IMG/VR virus record: IMGVR_UViG_3300036939_000082
Span: 1 to 64,000 of that record
DNA: 64,000 nucleotides
Origin: a virus
Strand: one strand, 5' to 3'
Shown here: in pieces, positions 1 through 9,366 of the stretch
Position numbering within the stretch: the first letter of the stretch is position 1
Layout of the letters: each line of letters starts with the position of its first letter
Made by a program: the position numbers and the translations under genes
Notes under the pieces: generated by a model
The model's input: the letters and a program-made list of their open reading frames with translations, nothing else
Told to the model about the DNA's origin: nothing
Databases searched by the model: none

Positions 1-285
1 ATATATATCGGTTCCCTCTTCTTCATTAATTTTGCGTTTGATTTCAGCTTGGCGATCGTCATAGGCTTCGCAGCGCGATCGCCACTTGTATTTAGTAGAC
101 CATTTTTTCCAAAGTCCCGGTGCTTTTTTAGTGCCTTTTCCCCCCCCTTTCTTGCCTTCTTCTGTCGAACTCCACCACGCAGAGTCTACACTTCGACCGA
201 CACCCATGTCGCGGTAAATAGTGAATGCGTCGTAAGCTTTTGCCGACTCACCCAGCATTCGCTTGTCCCAAGGTATTTCTTCCAT
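1..285 (-). CDS. Putative terminase small subunit-like protein, partial (runs off window start; not in ORF track)
   Basis: Manual translation from ATG 285: MEEIPWDKRMLGESAKAYDAFTIYRDMG...WKKWSTKYKWRSRCEAYDDR. Matches the phage W-x4-GES-xKAY-xAF-xxYRD ... W-xxWS-xKY-xW-xxR-xxAYD HTH motif; lies 1.7 kb from TerL. Confidence 0.55.
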   Translation of the reverse strand, partial: MEEIPWDKRMLGESAKAYDAFTIYRDMGVGRSVDSAWWSSTEEGKKGGGKGTKKAPGLWKKWSTKYKWRSRCEAYDDRQAEIKRKINEEEGTDIY

Positions 286-287
286 AA

Positions 288-1280
288 TTAATCAACAATA
301 ACAATATCTAAAAATGGAATACCGCCGCACGTTCCATTTAAATAAGCTTTTGAAACATGACCATTTTTGACTTTGTATTCCATAATTCCCGTCAATATAG
401 ACGCTTGTTCGTTATTCTTTTCTATTAACCACGTTGCATAAAGGGGTACTTCGTCCATCAATTTTGTTTGATGCGTTGAAACGAGCAATTGCAACCCTGC
501 TATCGAACTTGCAATACGTATCAATTTGCTCGCCAACAGAGGATGCAAATTTTGGGAAAAGCTGTCGATCGCCAAAAGTTTGATTTTTTTCTCTTTCGCA
601 AATAAGAGCAAGCTTAAAAAATCTAAAGCTTCATCAAAGCCTTTTGAATTAGGCAAGTTTAAAACAGGGTCTGGAATTGGTAAATCGATCTGCGACATCA
701 GTTGACACAAGCAAGAATTCAACTCGGGGTCGCTGCGAACAAAATTGAGTACATCTCTATCAAAGCTTGTGTCTGTAGAAAATGCAGTATAGGTTGACTC
801 AAAAAATTCTTGAATTTCGACGCACTCAGGAATTGATATTTTGTTTAAAAATAAATCGGTTTCAAAGAAATCTACGTGACAACCGTCAATCAGCCCGAGG
901 TGATCGCGCTCAAATAAGGTAACAGGTGTATCGCTGTCATCGGAAGAATCAATTTTATAAAGCCATTCATGCTCTACGCATTCGCGTCCAACTTGAAATC
1001 CGTATTGAAGGCGATCACCCGATCGAGCTAAAATGCAAACCTCAAAAAACGAGGGTTCATTGATAGATTCCTCATCTTTTTTGAACGGCGACCAACAAGA
1101 AAGATTGAACCGTACCATCGAACTCATCGCCTCGATCGCCCGAAGCAAATTGGTTTTTCCTGAACTGTTCGCTCCAAAAACAAGAGAGACATTTGCAGGC
1201 TTACTCGATTCATCTGTTGAGATCAAGCTTGTAACTTCTCTGAAAGATCTGTAATTTCCAACGGCAAACCCAACTAACAT
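288..1280 (-). CDS. AAA_21/RloA-like ABC-type ATPase (degenerate)
   Basis: N-terminal GNYRSF, Walker A GANSSGKTN, Walker B-like LLAIDSF, LHP and STH motifs, C-terminal YLNG. Confidence 0.7.
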   Translation of the reverse strand: MLVGFAVGNYRSFREVTSLISTDESSKPANVSLVFGANSSGKTNLLRAIEAMSSMVRFNLSCWSPFKKDEESINEPSFFEVCILARSGDRLQYGFQVGRECVEHEWLYKIDSSDDSDTPVTLFERDHLGLIDGCHVDFFETDLFLNKISIPECVEIQEFFESTYTAFSTDTSFDRDVLNFVRSDPELNSCLCQLMSQIDLPIPDPVLNLPNSKGFDEALDFLSLLLFAKEKKIKLLAIDSFSQNLHPLLASKLIRIASSIAGLQLLVSTHQTKLMDEVPLYATWLIEKNNEQASILTGIMEYKVKNGHVSKAYLNGTCGGIPFLDIVIVD

Positions 1281-1320
1281 AGCAATAACAAAAAAAACGT
1301 TGTTTGTGTACTTGTATCAA

Positions 1321-1962
1321 TCAGAAATAGCCTGGTAACGCCAAAAGCATTCGATAGATAATGTTATGAAATTCGTGACCAGTAAGAACCATGTTTTTTA
1401 CGTCCAACGCATGAGTGTGTAAGGGAAAACGTTGTGTAGCTCCTCTAATACCATCGCCAATTAATTCCATCTGGGCAATTGAATAACCCCCAATAATTTC
1501 TATTTCTGCTAATATTTTTATTGTTTCCCTATCGAACGGTCTTGGATTTTGCGCCCAAGCTTCGTGAAATTTTCTTTCTAACTCTTCCGAGTTCCTACCA
1601 AACCTTCTAGCTATATCTTGGACTAGCGCAATCCTTTCGGGCGATCGAGCTTCTAAATAATCAAGACGATCCGGAATGGAAGATAGTTCTGGAACTTTGC
1701 GATCTCCACATTCAATTTTTGTTAAATTTTGTGGAGCAACGGCACAAAATTTACTTTGCAAGTGAAACCAGGTACAATCTCTGCATTTATTAAGAGGATT
1801 TACACCTTCCGATAAAAATAAATTAGAAATTCTCTGTGACATAACTATATTTATTGTCTCATTTATTGCGTCAATCGCTCTTTGTCTATCAGCTATGCTT
1901 ATAGTACGTTCTGGTAGTTGTGTTACGTCATGAATCCCAAAAACTAATTTGACGTTCTGCAT
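1321..1962 (-). CDS. Hypothetical protein with Cys-rich CxxCxWF..FCAVAP..C motif
   Basis: 213-aa ORF; motif shared with the ORF at 4348-4716. Confidence 0.6.
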   Translation of the reverse strand: MQNVKLVFGIHDVTQLPERTISIADRQRAIDAINETINIVMSQRISNLFLSEGVNPLNKCRDCTWFHLQSKFCAVAPQNLTKIECGDRKVPELSSIPDRLDYLEARSPERIALVQDIARRFGRNSEELERKFHEAWAQNPRPFDRETIKILAEIEIIGGYSIAQMELIGDGIRGATQRFPLHTHALDVKNMVLTGHEFHNIIYRMLLALPGYF

Positions 1963-2003
1963 ATTGTTCTGTAGAAATTTTACTTAATTTTACCACACAG
2001 CCT

Positions 2004-4025
2004 ATGGCTCCCAGTTTAGGTCGCGCTTCGCGGGCGATCGCCCGCCAAAAAAAGTCTAACAAAAAACAGAGAGAGAAGTTTGTCGATGAGACTGCGATCG
2101 CCCGCGAAGCTGCGATCACAGATTGGTACAGCGGAGGGGGCGATGTTTACGTACAGTGGGTCAAGGAACACCACCGAACGAGTTCTGGAGAACCTCTTTC
2201 TTGGGACGAAGTATTTTTAGAAGAGGTTTATCTGGCTATAGGGTGTCCATGGCTGGAAAAAGAAGTCATCAAAAAAGCCGCTCAAGTCGGTTACTCTGAA
2301 GGGTTGGTCGCTACAGCCGAATTTTACGCCGGCTACTTGCGATCGCCCATCGGTTTCGGATTTGAGGAACAGCAAAAACTTCGCGACATGGTTGGCTCCC
2401 GAATTCAGCCGGCGCTCGACTACTGCGAACCGATTCAGAAATTGAACCGCGACCGACACGGGGCGACGGGACGCGAAGACATTGACAACAAAACCTCAAT
2501 AACGGTTGCCGGTACAAAAATTTCGTTTTTTTACGCTTGCGTCAAGTCAAAGACTGTAGCAGAACAAGCTCCAGCCACCCTCAGATCGTTTACAGCTTGC
2601 GCGATCTTAGCCGACGAATTTAGCTTGTGGCCTAAAGGCGTTCTCGACATCGCCATCAGCCGGATGGCTGCTTCCCGGATGCCTACCAAACTTGTCCGGG
2701 CCGGTTCCACTCCCTCCTACGAAGGCTCGATTCTTGATTCTGAGATGAAGCGGGCAAAATATTCTTTTCAGTGGCTGGTGAAATGCCCGCACTGTCAAAC
2801 CGCTCAGTTTTTGGTTCCTTTTTCCACCGAAAATCAATCTGGCAATTTTTTGCGACCAGCTCTGTTCAAAGAATCAGACACAGAAGAACTGCGTTTTTTT
2901 GATATCGCCGGCAGGCCCCTGAAGTGGTTCCACCGATCGCCAAACCCAGAAAATATTGAAGATTGGCAGCTCCAGGGAGACGATAAGGAGCGGGCGATCG
3001 ATTCTGCTTACATAGGTTGTCAGTCTTGTAACGAGGAGATACCGAGGGAGGCGATCGCCGCTGGGAAATTTGCTTGTACGCGATCGGGCATTACTTTGAG
3101 AGACTTGAACGACCGGGTTACTCGCGAACGGGAAATCGTCCGCGAAACCGTAGCCCTCGAATTTCCGGTACTGGCATCTTTGCTATTTTCAGCCCCCGAA
3201 AGACTGCGGCGGTTGTTCGCTACCGACAACCCTAGAGATGAAATTCAGCAGCGCCTCGGAGAATCTATTTCTCTGTCCGGTGGCAAGATTGACTTAGGCA
3301 AACTTTTAAGCTGCGTCGGGCGATCGCATCCCGATTTTGCCGAATCCCCAACTTTAACTGTCATGGGATTGGATCAGGGGCGACCCAACTACGGAATCGT
3401 TCAAAAATGGTATTTAAATTTTCAAGGATCTAAAAATGATTGGTGGAAAACCGCCAGAGTCAATACCGTCTGGTTTGGGGAACTCGGAACCATTCAAGAC
3501 GTCGAGGCGATCGCCCTGCAATACGAAGCCGATCTGATCGGCATGGACTCGGAACCGGAAATCCAACTAGCAACGGAATACGCGCTGCTGCACTTGCCGA
3601 CGGGGGCGAGCGTGTCCAAGAAGGGCGATCGGGTCGAGAAGAAGGGGCAAGTTTACCTGTTCGATCAAGTTTCCATGAAGGAGCAGTTCAAGCGGAATAC
3701 TCGAAAAGTTAAGAGCACTGCGAAAGAAACCGAGTTTACTATCTACTCGATCGACCGCACTTTTGGACTGGATAGCGTGCGCGATCGGATCTACCGAGGG
3801 TTGTTCCACCTGCCTGAGGACCTGAGCTACAATGCCAAGGATAAAGGAAACTTTTTGTATCATTTCATTACGAGCGATCGACAAGCAAGCGGGCGGTGGA
3901 TAGAAGCACCTGGCGCACCCGACCACTACTTCCACGCAGCAAACTTTGCTGAAATGTGCGTGCTCGTTAGCTTGTTTGAACCTGGTCCGAAAGGAAAATT
4001 TGCATTTACTAGCGTAGCAATGTAG
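2004..4025 (+). CDS. terL: Terminase large subunit (lambda GpA-like)
   Basis: KKAAQVG Walker A variant, ADEF Walker B, GSTP coupling motif, CPHC zinc ribbon, GLDQG nuclease motif, C-terminal DHYFHA. Confidence 0.9.
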   Translation: MAPSLGRASRAIARQKKSNKKQREKFVDETAIAREAAITDWYSGGGDVYVQWVKEHHRTSSGEPLSWDEVFLEEVYLAIGCPWLEKEVIKKAAQVGYSEGLVATAEFYAGYLRSPIGFGFEEQQKLRDMVGSRIQPALDYCEPIQKLNRDRHGATGREDIDNKTSITVAGTKISFFYACVKSKTVAEQAPATLRSFTACAILADEFSLWPKGVLDIAISRMAASRMPTKLVRAGSTPSYEGSILDSEMKRAKYSFQWLVKCPHCQTAQFLVPFSTENQSGNFLRPALFKESDTEELRFFDIAGRPLKWFHRSPNPENIEDWQLQGDDKERAIDSAYIGCQSCNEEIPREAIAAGKFACTRSGITLRDLNDRVTREREIVRETVALEFPVLASLLFSAPERLRRLFATDNPRDEIQQRLGESISLSGGKIDLGKLLSCVGRSHPDFAESPTLTVMGLDQGRPNYGIVQKWYLNFQGSKNDWWKTARVNTVWFGELGTIQDVEAIALQYEADLIGMDSEPEIQLATEYALLHLPTGASVSKKGDRVEKKGQVYLFDQVSMKEQFKRNTRKVKSTAKETEFTIYSIDRTFGLDSVRDRIYRGLFHLPEDLSYNAKDKGNFLYHFITSDRQASGRWIEAPGAPDHYFHAANFAEMCVLVSLFEPGPKGKFAFTSVAM

Positions 4026-4347
4026 CAGCGAATTTTCCTTTTTGACCACTGTCGAACGGTTTTAGTTCACAAAACAATTAATCAGGTAGATGGGTGTTGA
4101 GTTTCTCTCTATTGGCGTCGAACTTCTCTTTCGGCAAGGGTAAACGCCAAGTCATGCAGACCAGGCACTAATTCTTCACCGAATGCTTTATCTCGGGCGA
4201 TCGCTCTAAGCGCATTTTCCGTGTCCCCAGCGGACAATCCTCGCGGTGAGTCGTAATTTTTTATGTTGGGTCTGATGTCTGACACAATTTTCCTTCCAAG
4301 ACTACCTATTTGTAGGTATAGCGGGCGATCAAATTATAGCAAAATAC

Positions 4348-4716
4348 TCAGTCAAATAGCCCATCACAAAATTCTGCGTAACGATCGTAGTGTATCTTTG
4401 AGGTGAGTTTTCTCTCAGGCGTTTCCCAAATCCTACAATCATCTTCCACACTAACATCAAGACAGGCTGACGCAAGCGTGGCAAGCATTTGGCGACGTTC
4501 AAAATCGTCATCTCGTGAATCTAAACCAGTTCCACCAAGACTCAAACTACCATCGTGCATAATTATACATTTCAGTTCAAAAGGTTGGCGGTCTGCGCAT
4601 TCAATGCTTGCTAAATTTTGTGGAGCAACAGCACAAAATTTAGTCTGTAAGTGAAACCAAGTACACTGTCTGCATTTATCAAGAAGGTTTAGTGTATGTT
4701 CCAATAACTCTGACAT
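4348..4716 (-). CDS. Hypothetical Cys-motif protein, partial paralog of 1321-1962
   Basis: DKCRQCTWFHLQTKFCAVAPQNL versus NKCRDCTWFHLQSKFCAVAPQNL. Confidence 0.6.
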   Translation of the reverse strand: MSELLEHTLNLLDKCRQCTWFHLQTKFCAVAPQNLASIECADRQPFELKCIIMHDGSLSLGGTGLDSRDDDFERRQMLATLASACLDVSVEDDCRIWETPERKLTSKIHYDRYAEFCDGLFD

Positions 4717-4910
4717 TGCATAAACTCCAAAAAATAATTTGACAATATGTATTTATCGGCAATCGCAGTAATTGCTTTCGCAAAATTGGGGTGCGACAAA
4801 AGGCGATCGGCAAGATGCTGAAAATCAGGTTCAAGATCCAAATTTAAGAGCTTTTTTGGTATAAAAAACAATCAAAAAGAATTTGCATATTTTTGATTTG
4901 TCATTACAAT

Positions 4911-5135
4911 TTAATTTATAGCACCATCTGAAGAGTTATCATTGTTTTCAAAATTAAAACGACATTTTTTGCAAAAATATCCTAGCCTAATAGGTTTCCA
5001 ATTCAATGCCTCTAGCCATACCGAAGCGTGGAACCCAGGTTTTATTACAACTTTATTCCAACAATTGCCACAATAATTTCCAGGCTCTTTGTTGTTTGGT
5101 TTTCCGTAAAAATCACCCGGTTTTTTATTGGTCAC
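4911..5135 (-). CDS. Small hypothetical protein (CxxC...CxxC)
   Basis: ORF overlaps the upstream gene in an operon-like arrangement. Confidence 0.5.
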   Translation of the reverse strand: MTNKKPGDFYGKPNNKEPGNYCGNCWNKVVIKPGFHASVWLEALNWKPIRLGYFCKKCRFNFENNDNSSDGAIN

Positions 5136-5475
5136 TGTTTACCCCAAACACTTTTTTGTACAGCCGCCTAGCAACAATATTAGCATTGCTCTTGAGAATC
5201 TCTGAAGCTTCAGCAAAGATTGTTTTGTGATTTCCTTTTTCAAGCCTTGTTCTTAGTTGCTCGATTAAGGAATCGTAGTTGGTATACCGATGTCGGAGCA
5301 TTGCAATCAGCATATTTTCATTAACTTCACCGATCGCCGCGTTCCAGTACAAAGCGGTTTGGCGGACGATCGCCCGAGCGTCGGGAAGTTTGCCAGTTGC
5401 CCGAACTTGCATTTCTTGCGCCCAGACAACTTCCCGCCACACGCCTTCCCTTCGTTTAGTTTTGCTCACAGCCAA
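5125..5475 (-). CDS. Hypothetical phage protein
   Basis: 116-aa ORF with LRHRYTNYD motif; overlapping chain of minus-strand genes. Confidence 0.55.
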   Translation of the reverse strand: MAVSKTKRREGVWREVVWAQEMQVRATGKLPDARAIVRQTALYWNAAIGEVNENMLIAMLRHRYTNYDSLIEQLRTRLEKGNHKTIFAEASEILKSNANIVARRLYKKVFGVNSDQ

Positions 5476-5950
5476 TGTTTGGGCGATCGGTTTGTCGTAT
5501 CAGCTTTCGGCAGTAAGAAGTCGAAAGTTGAAATTTACTAGCAATACTTTTGAGCGCAACTCCAGCCCGCAACAAATTTCGCATTTCCTCGCGCTCTCGA
5601 ACTCCAAACTTAGATGGCTTGCCAGTTTTGCGACCGTGGCGAATTCTGTCGGCCGCATTTTCTTTTGCAGTCCCCCATGCCAAGTTCTCTATGCTGTTGC
5701 AAGTCGGATCTCCGTTTAGATGCCGGACTTGATGAAACGGAGTTGGCGCAGTACCGAGGAAAGTTATCGCCATGAGCCTGTGGACTAAAACCGAGCGAGA
5801 TTTGTTGCCTTTTCTTTTCAAAACGCAAACTCGGCGGTAGCCCCTGCCTTCTTGGTGAAACTTTAACAAGTTTCCTTTTTGAGAGTATATATTCCCAAGT
5901 TTGTCAATTTTGTAACCGGGAAATCCCGGAATTTCAAACTGTTCGGTCAT
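5456..5950 (-). CDS. NUMOD4/HNH homing-type endonuclease with C-terminal HTH
   Basis: VHRLMA, VRHLNGDPTCNSIENLAWGTAKEN. ATG 5950 overlaps the upstream stop (ATGA). Confidence 0.85.
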   Translation of the reverse strand: MTEQFEIPGFPGYKIDKLGNIYSQKGNLLKFHQEGRGYRRVCVLKRKGNKSRSVLVHRLMAITFLGTAPTPFHQVRHLNGDPTCNSIENLAWGTAKENAADRIRHGRKTGKPSKFGVREREEMRNLLRAGVALKSIASKFQLSTSYCRKLIRQTDRPNIGCEQN

Positions 5951-6288
5951 GATGGTACATCTCCTCCCATAGTCATCCAAGACTGAACTTCCAGTTGCTT
6001 CCTCAAAGAAGTTTCTATCTCTCCAACAAGAATTCCTCTTAACTTTTCAAGACTTAAGCCAGCTTCGATCGCCAAGCCCTTGTGCAAAGAAAATTCTTGC
6101 TCGATCGTCAGCAGCGAATCTAGCGACTGCCCGTACCGCCACGCATTTCTTAGGTTTTGCCTTTGAGTTTCTTGTTTTCTATTTGCAAAAATATAGTGCT
6201 TAACTTCTTCCACTGTCAAGTTGTTGATCCTAGGAAGAAGCACTGCTATTTTAGCTTGGATTATGCGATCGAGAGTTGTTGCATCCAT
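5947..6288 (-). CDS. Hypothetical protein
   Basis: 113-aa ORF divergent from baseplate J. Confidence 0.55.
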   Translation of the reverse strand: MDATTLDRIIQAKIAVLLPRINNLTVEEVKHYIFANRKQETQRQNLRNAWRYGQSLDSLLTIEQEFSLHKGLAIEAGLSLEKLRGILVGEIETSLRKQLEVQSWMTMGGDVPS

Positions 6289-6341
6289 TGTTTTTAAATT
6301 TGGTTTAGACTATAATATACCGTCTCGCGCGACAAATCAAT

Positions 6342-7517
6342 ATGTTTAAAAAATATTCTGGGCATTATCAATTAGAAGCAATTTTGGCGAAAGATCCTTC
6401 AATCCTCCCTGCCTTTCATCTTTATAACGTCAATATTGAAAAGATTCACGCCGCTTCGCTAGATATGCTGGCTCAACCGATCGACGGTGTTGAATCGCCG
6501 TTTAGTTCCAGAAACCCTTTATCCGCGCACGGACAAATCATGGGGGCGATCGCCTACCTCCACGCTTTGATAGGTCACGAAATCAACTTAGTCCCGGATT
6601 CGCTGTGGGTGCGCTGGTTTCGGCTGCTCGGAGTTGAGATGGGCTTGGCGGAAAGACCCGTGATTAATCTGGTATTCAGGCGATCGCCCGACGCGATAGC
6701 TTCCGGCATTCCGGCAAAAGTCCCGTTAGGGACAGAGGTTAAGTCGATTGCCGGAGAAATTGCTACGACTGTTTACGATCTATATATAGACGAAGATTCC
6801 GATATGGGGGAAGTGCCGGCCAGACTCGATCGCCCCGGCAAAATTTCTATGAATATTTGGCCCGGGGAATTCTCGGTCATCCCTGACGATCTAAATTGGA
6901 TCGATTCAGTCTCAAATACTGAAGTGCTGTTTGAAGGGAAGGAACCGGAGACGCTTCCAGAAGCAATGCTGCGGGCGCGCCAAGCAATTCAATCCGCTGG
7001 AAACCTTGTCAATCCCAGAGATTATTACAGGGCAGCCCTAGACTTGGGCGCGTCAAAGGTTAATTTTCTCCCAAGAGTCAAAAAAGGGTCGAAGGTGCAG
7101 TTTGCAAATTTAGTGACGGTCGCCGTCTACCCGCCGGGAATAGCTAAGCTGATCCAACCAGAAATGACAGACAGAGAGCTGCACGGGATTAACGTTGAGG
7201 TTATTCCCGCCGAGATTATTCCGATCGCCGGTGAAATTGATGTCAGAATTGTGCCGACCCTCTCAAACGATGAAGCTTTTAACCTTGCGGCGACGGCAAT
7301 CCAGAAAAATATCAACCCACCTTTTGGGGTTTGGGGCGATCGGACGTTTCCTAGAAGTTTGGCGATCGCCCTAGAGAACCAGCCCAACTTCAGTTACTCG
7401 GTTCCGAGGGTAAACCTGAAACACGCAGACACCGGGGCGGCGATCGAGTTGCTGGCGATCGAGCGTTGGAATTTGCTGGAAATACAGCAGAACTTGGTAA
7501 TAAACTGGATTCGGTGA
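6342..7517 (+). CDS. Baseplate J-like protein (contractile tail)
   Basis: VRWFRLLGV, VPLGTEV, G.EPETL..A..RA and LVNPRDY (the TxxDY-equivalent), plus VTVAVYP; size and motif order typical of gpJ. Confidence 0.8.
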   Translation: MFKKYSGHYQLEAILAKDPSILPAFHLYNVNIEKIHAASLDMLAQPIDGVESPFSSRNPLSAHGQIMGAIAYLHALIGHEINLVPDSLWVRWFRLLGVEMGLAERPVINLVFRRSPDAIASGIPAKVPLGTEVKSIAGEIATTVYDLYIDEDSDMGEVPARLDRPGKISMNIWPGEFSVIPDDLNWIDSVSNTEVLFEGKEPETLPEAMLRARQAIQSAGNLVNPRDYYRAALDLGASKVNFLPRVKKGSKVQFANLVTVAVYPPGIAKLIQPEMTDRELHGINVEVIPAEIIPIAGEIDVRIVPTLSNDEAFNLAATAIQKNINPPFGVWGDRTFPRSLAIALENQPNFSYSVPRVNLKHADTGAAIELLAIERWNLLEIQQNLVINWIR

Positions 7518-7653
7518 TTTGTTGGCAATATCTGTAACTTCTGATATATTGGAATAGCGGACGATACGACACATTTTACTGAGCTTGCGAGTAGCTTGTT
7601 GGGTACATGGTGTGTTTGTTGTTTTCATTGTTTTTGTTTTGTGTTTACAACTC

Positions 7654-7708
7654 AAAGCCTGTTTAGTTTTCCCATCCCATGCTGGTGTTTTGCTAAACAG
7701 GCTTTTTT
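7654..7708. terminator. Long-stem hairpin between convergent units
   Basis: AAAGCCTGTTTAG ... CTAAACAGGCTTT followed by a T run. Confidence 0.6.
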
Positions 7709-7735
7709 GTGACTAAAAATATTTACTGCTATTTA

Positions 7736-7765
7736 AATTCACATAAGCGATCGCTTATGTGAATT
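7736..7765. repeat. Perfect 30-bp palindrome centred on HIP1
   Basis: AATTCACATAAGCGATCGCTTATGTGAATT equals its own reverse complement. Confidence 0.95.
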
Positions 7766-7770
7766 ATCAC

Positions 7771-8091
7771 TCAAACACGCTGAACAAGACTTGTTAAACA
7801 AGATCGATCATCTTCGTCTTCGCTAGCATGGAAAAGGTGTACCCATTGCTTCGCTTCCTGCCAAGCGATCTCTGCACTTTCTGCTGAGTTTTTAGTCATC
7901 AGTTTTTTGTACGCACCATCTATGACGAAGTATGTGGAAAACACATCCAAATCCTCTACAAAAATATTTAATCCCCGATAAGATTCGTGCTGACATCTCA
8001 TCAGTTGTTCAACAAGTTCGACTGCTGGGGTATTCGATTCCACCAAGTTGGTGGCAATTTTGATAGCTCTATCTCTGGTTCTTTGCAACAT
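7771..8091 (-). CDS. Hypothetical protein
   Basis: 106-aa ORF at the end of the minus-strand operon. Confidence 0.5.
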   Translation of the reverse strand: MLQRTRDRAIKIATNLVESNTPAVELVEQLMRCQHESYRGLNIFVEDLDVFSTYFVIDGAYKKLMTKNSAESAEIAWQEAKQWVHLFHASEDEDDRSCLTSLVQRV

Positions 8092-8104
8092 TTGGTTGTT
8101 CTTC

Positions 8105-8668
8105 CTATGATTTTGGTTTGCCCGCGACGATCGCAGTCACCGCCTGTTCTGCTGAAGTTAATTGAATTAATCGACTTAGCGGAATCTCCGCTCCGATCGC
8201 CCCAGCGGGTTCGACCAAAACAAACCATTTTTCTAGAATCGTTTCCGCAATACCAGTAACAGAAGTGTGCTGGATCGTTCGATCGCCCAAAGTTGCCGTG
8301 TATATTTTGGTCTTCGGGTCTTGGGCGATCGCCACGCCGTATTTCTCGAATAATTTATTTGCAGTTGCCAGTCCTATGCCATTTTTCCAAGCCATTTTTC
8401 TTGCCTCTACTATTTCTTCAGATGTGATGGGCGATCGCTCCCAAGTTCCTAAAGGAATTTTCCCCAGACATTCTAGGAGCTGACAAGTCGTTTTCACTGA
8501 CAGTCCAAGCTTGTCGGAGAACGAAATAATTGCTTGAACCGTTACTTCTCCAGTTGCTTCAAGCTGGCGATCGAATAAGCTTGTCAAAACTGGGGCAACT
8601 TGATTGAGAGTTTTTCTGTAGATCGATATTCGATAATTAAAATCCGTTAACTGCTTGTTGAGCGTCAT
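8105..8668 (-). CDS. Hypothetical protein (probable start MTLNKQ at 8668)
   Basis: The 5' part of the long ORF 8105-8938 is better explained by a small gene in another frame; ATGA overlap at 8665-8668. Confidence 0.55.
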   Translation of the reverse strand: MTLNKQLTDFNYRISIYRKTLNQVAPVLTSLFDRQLEATGEVTVQAIISFSDKLGLSVKTTCQLLECLGKIPLGTWERSPITSEEIVEARKMAWKNGIGLATANKLFEKYGVAIAQDPKTKIYTATLGDRTIQHTSVTGIAETILEKWFVLVEPAGAIGAEIPLSRLIQLTSAEQAVTAIVAGKPKS

Positions 8669-8844
8669 CGATCTGCTTTTGTTAAATTTATTGTCGCTAT
8701 GCCACCAGCAGCAAGAACTATTCCTGCCACTTTTAAAGGATCTCTCCATTCGGGCGGTGCGGAAGTTGTCATTGGAGCTACTGCGGTGGCGATCGTCCCA
8801 GCAGTGCAAACTATAATCAGCGTATCTCTGATTTGACTTTTCAT
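8665..8844 (-). CDS. 59-aa two-hydrophobic-segment membrane protein (not in ORF track)
   Basis: MKSQIRDTLIIVCTAGTIATAVAPMTTSAPPEWRDPLKVAGIVLAAGGIATINLTKADR; stop overlaps the next start. Confidence 0.55.
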   Translation of the reverse strand: MKSQIRDTLIIVCTAGTIATAVAPMTTSAPPEWRDPLKVAGIVLAAGGIATINLTKADR

Positions 8845-8950
8845 TTTTTCCTATTTTTACGGTGTGCTGCTTTGTGAAAAAGAGAAGCGTTGGTGGGAAG
8901 CAAGTCTGCGATTGTCGATAATTTGACGATCGATCCAAATCTCAACACCA

Positions 8951-9331
8951 TTAATCTAGTTCGCAAAGTTTAACCGAATGTTTCCATTCTGGATATAGCT
9001 TTGTCAACTCCCTCAGTCCTGCCTCGATCGCCCCATCCAGTTCACCGTGAAACGACAAAGCAAAATGTTCGTGTTTATTTCGATTCGTCGCCAAACAGGA
9101 AATAGCATAGCATTTATCTAAGTCCTGGTCGATAGATTCAGTGACTTTTATTTTGGCAAAATCTAGATTGTCAAAGGGATATTTATCAGTTTGATCGGTT
9201 CTTGAGTTGCCTTGGCGATCGACAATCTCGTAAGAATAAGAGATCCCATCGTAATCATGAGGATTCCACTGTTCAAAAAATGAAATCTTGCATCCACGAT
9301 ATTCGTCTTTGTTAATTAGTTTCGCTGCCAT
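8951..9331 (-). CDS. Hypothetical protein
   Basis: 126-aa ORF. Confidence 0.55.
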   Translation of the reverse strand: MAAKLINKDEYRGCKISFFEQWNPHDYDGISYSYEIVDRQGNSRTDQTDKYPFDNLDFAKIKVTESIDQDLDKCYAISCLATNRNKHEHFALSFHGELDGAIEAGLRELTKLYPEWKHSVKLCELD

Positions 9332-9366
9332 CGTTAGTTACTCCGTTAATTTACTTTTTTTTCATT

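Noticed and set aside
140-147. Phase-variable homopolymer or frameshift in the TerS-like gene
   Set aside because: Careful translation shows the G8 run is in frame (KGGGK linker).
1715-4690. DGR template/variable repeat pair
   Set aside because: Mismatches are not adenine-specific, both copies are coding and no reverse transcriptase is present.
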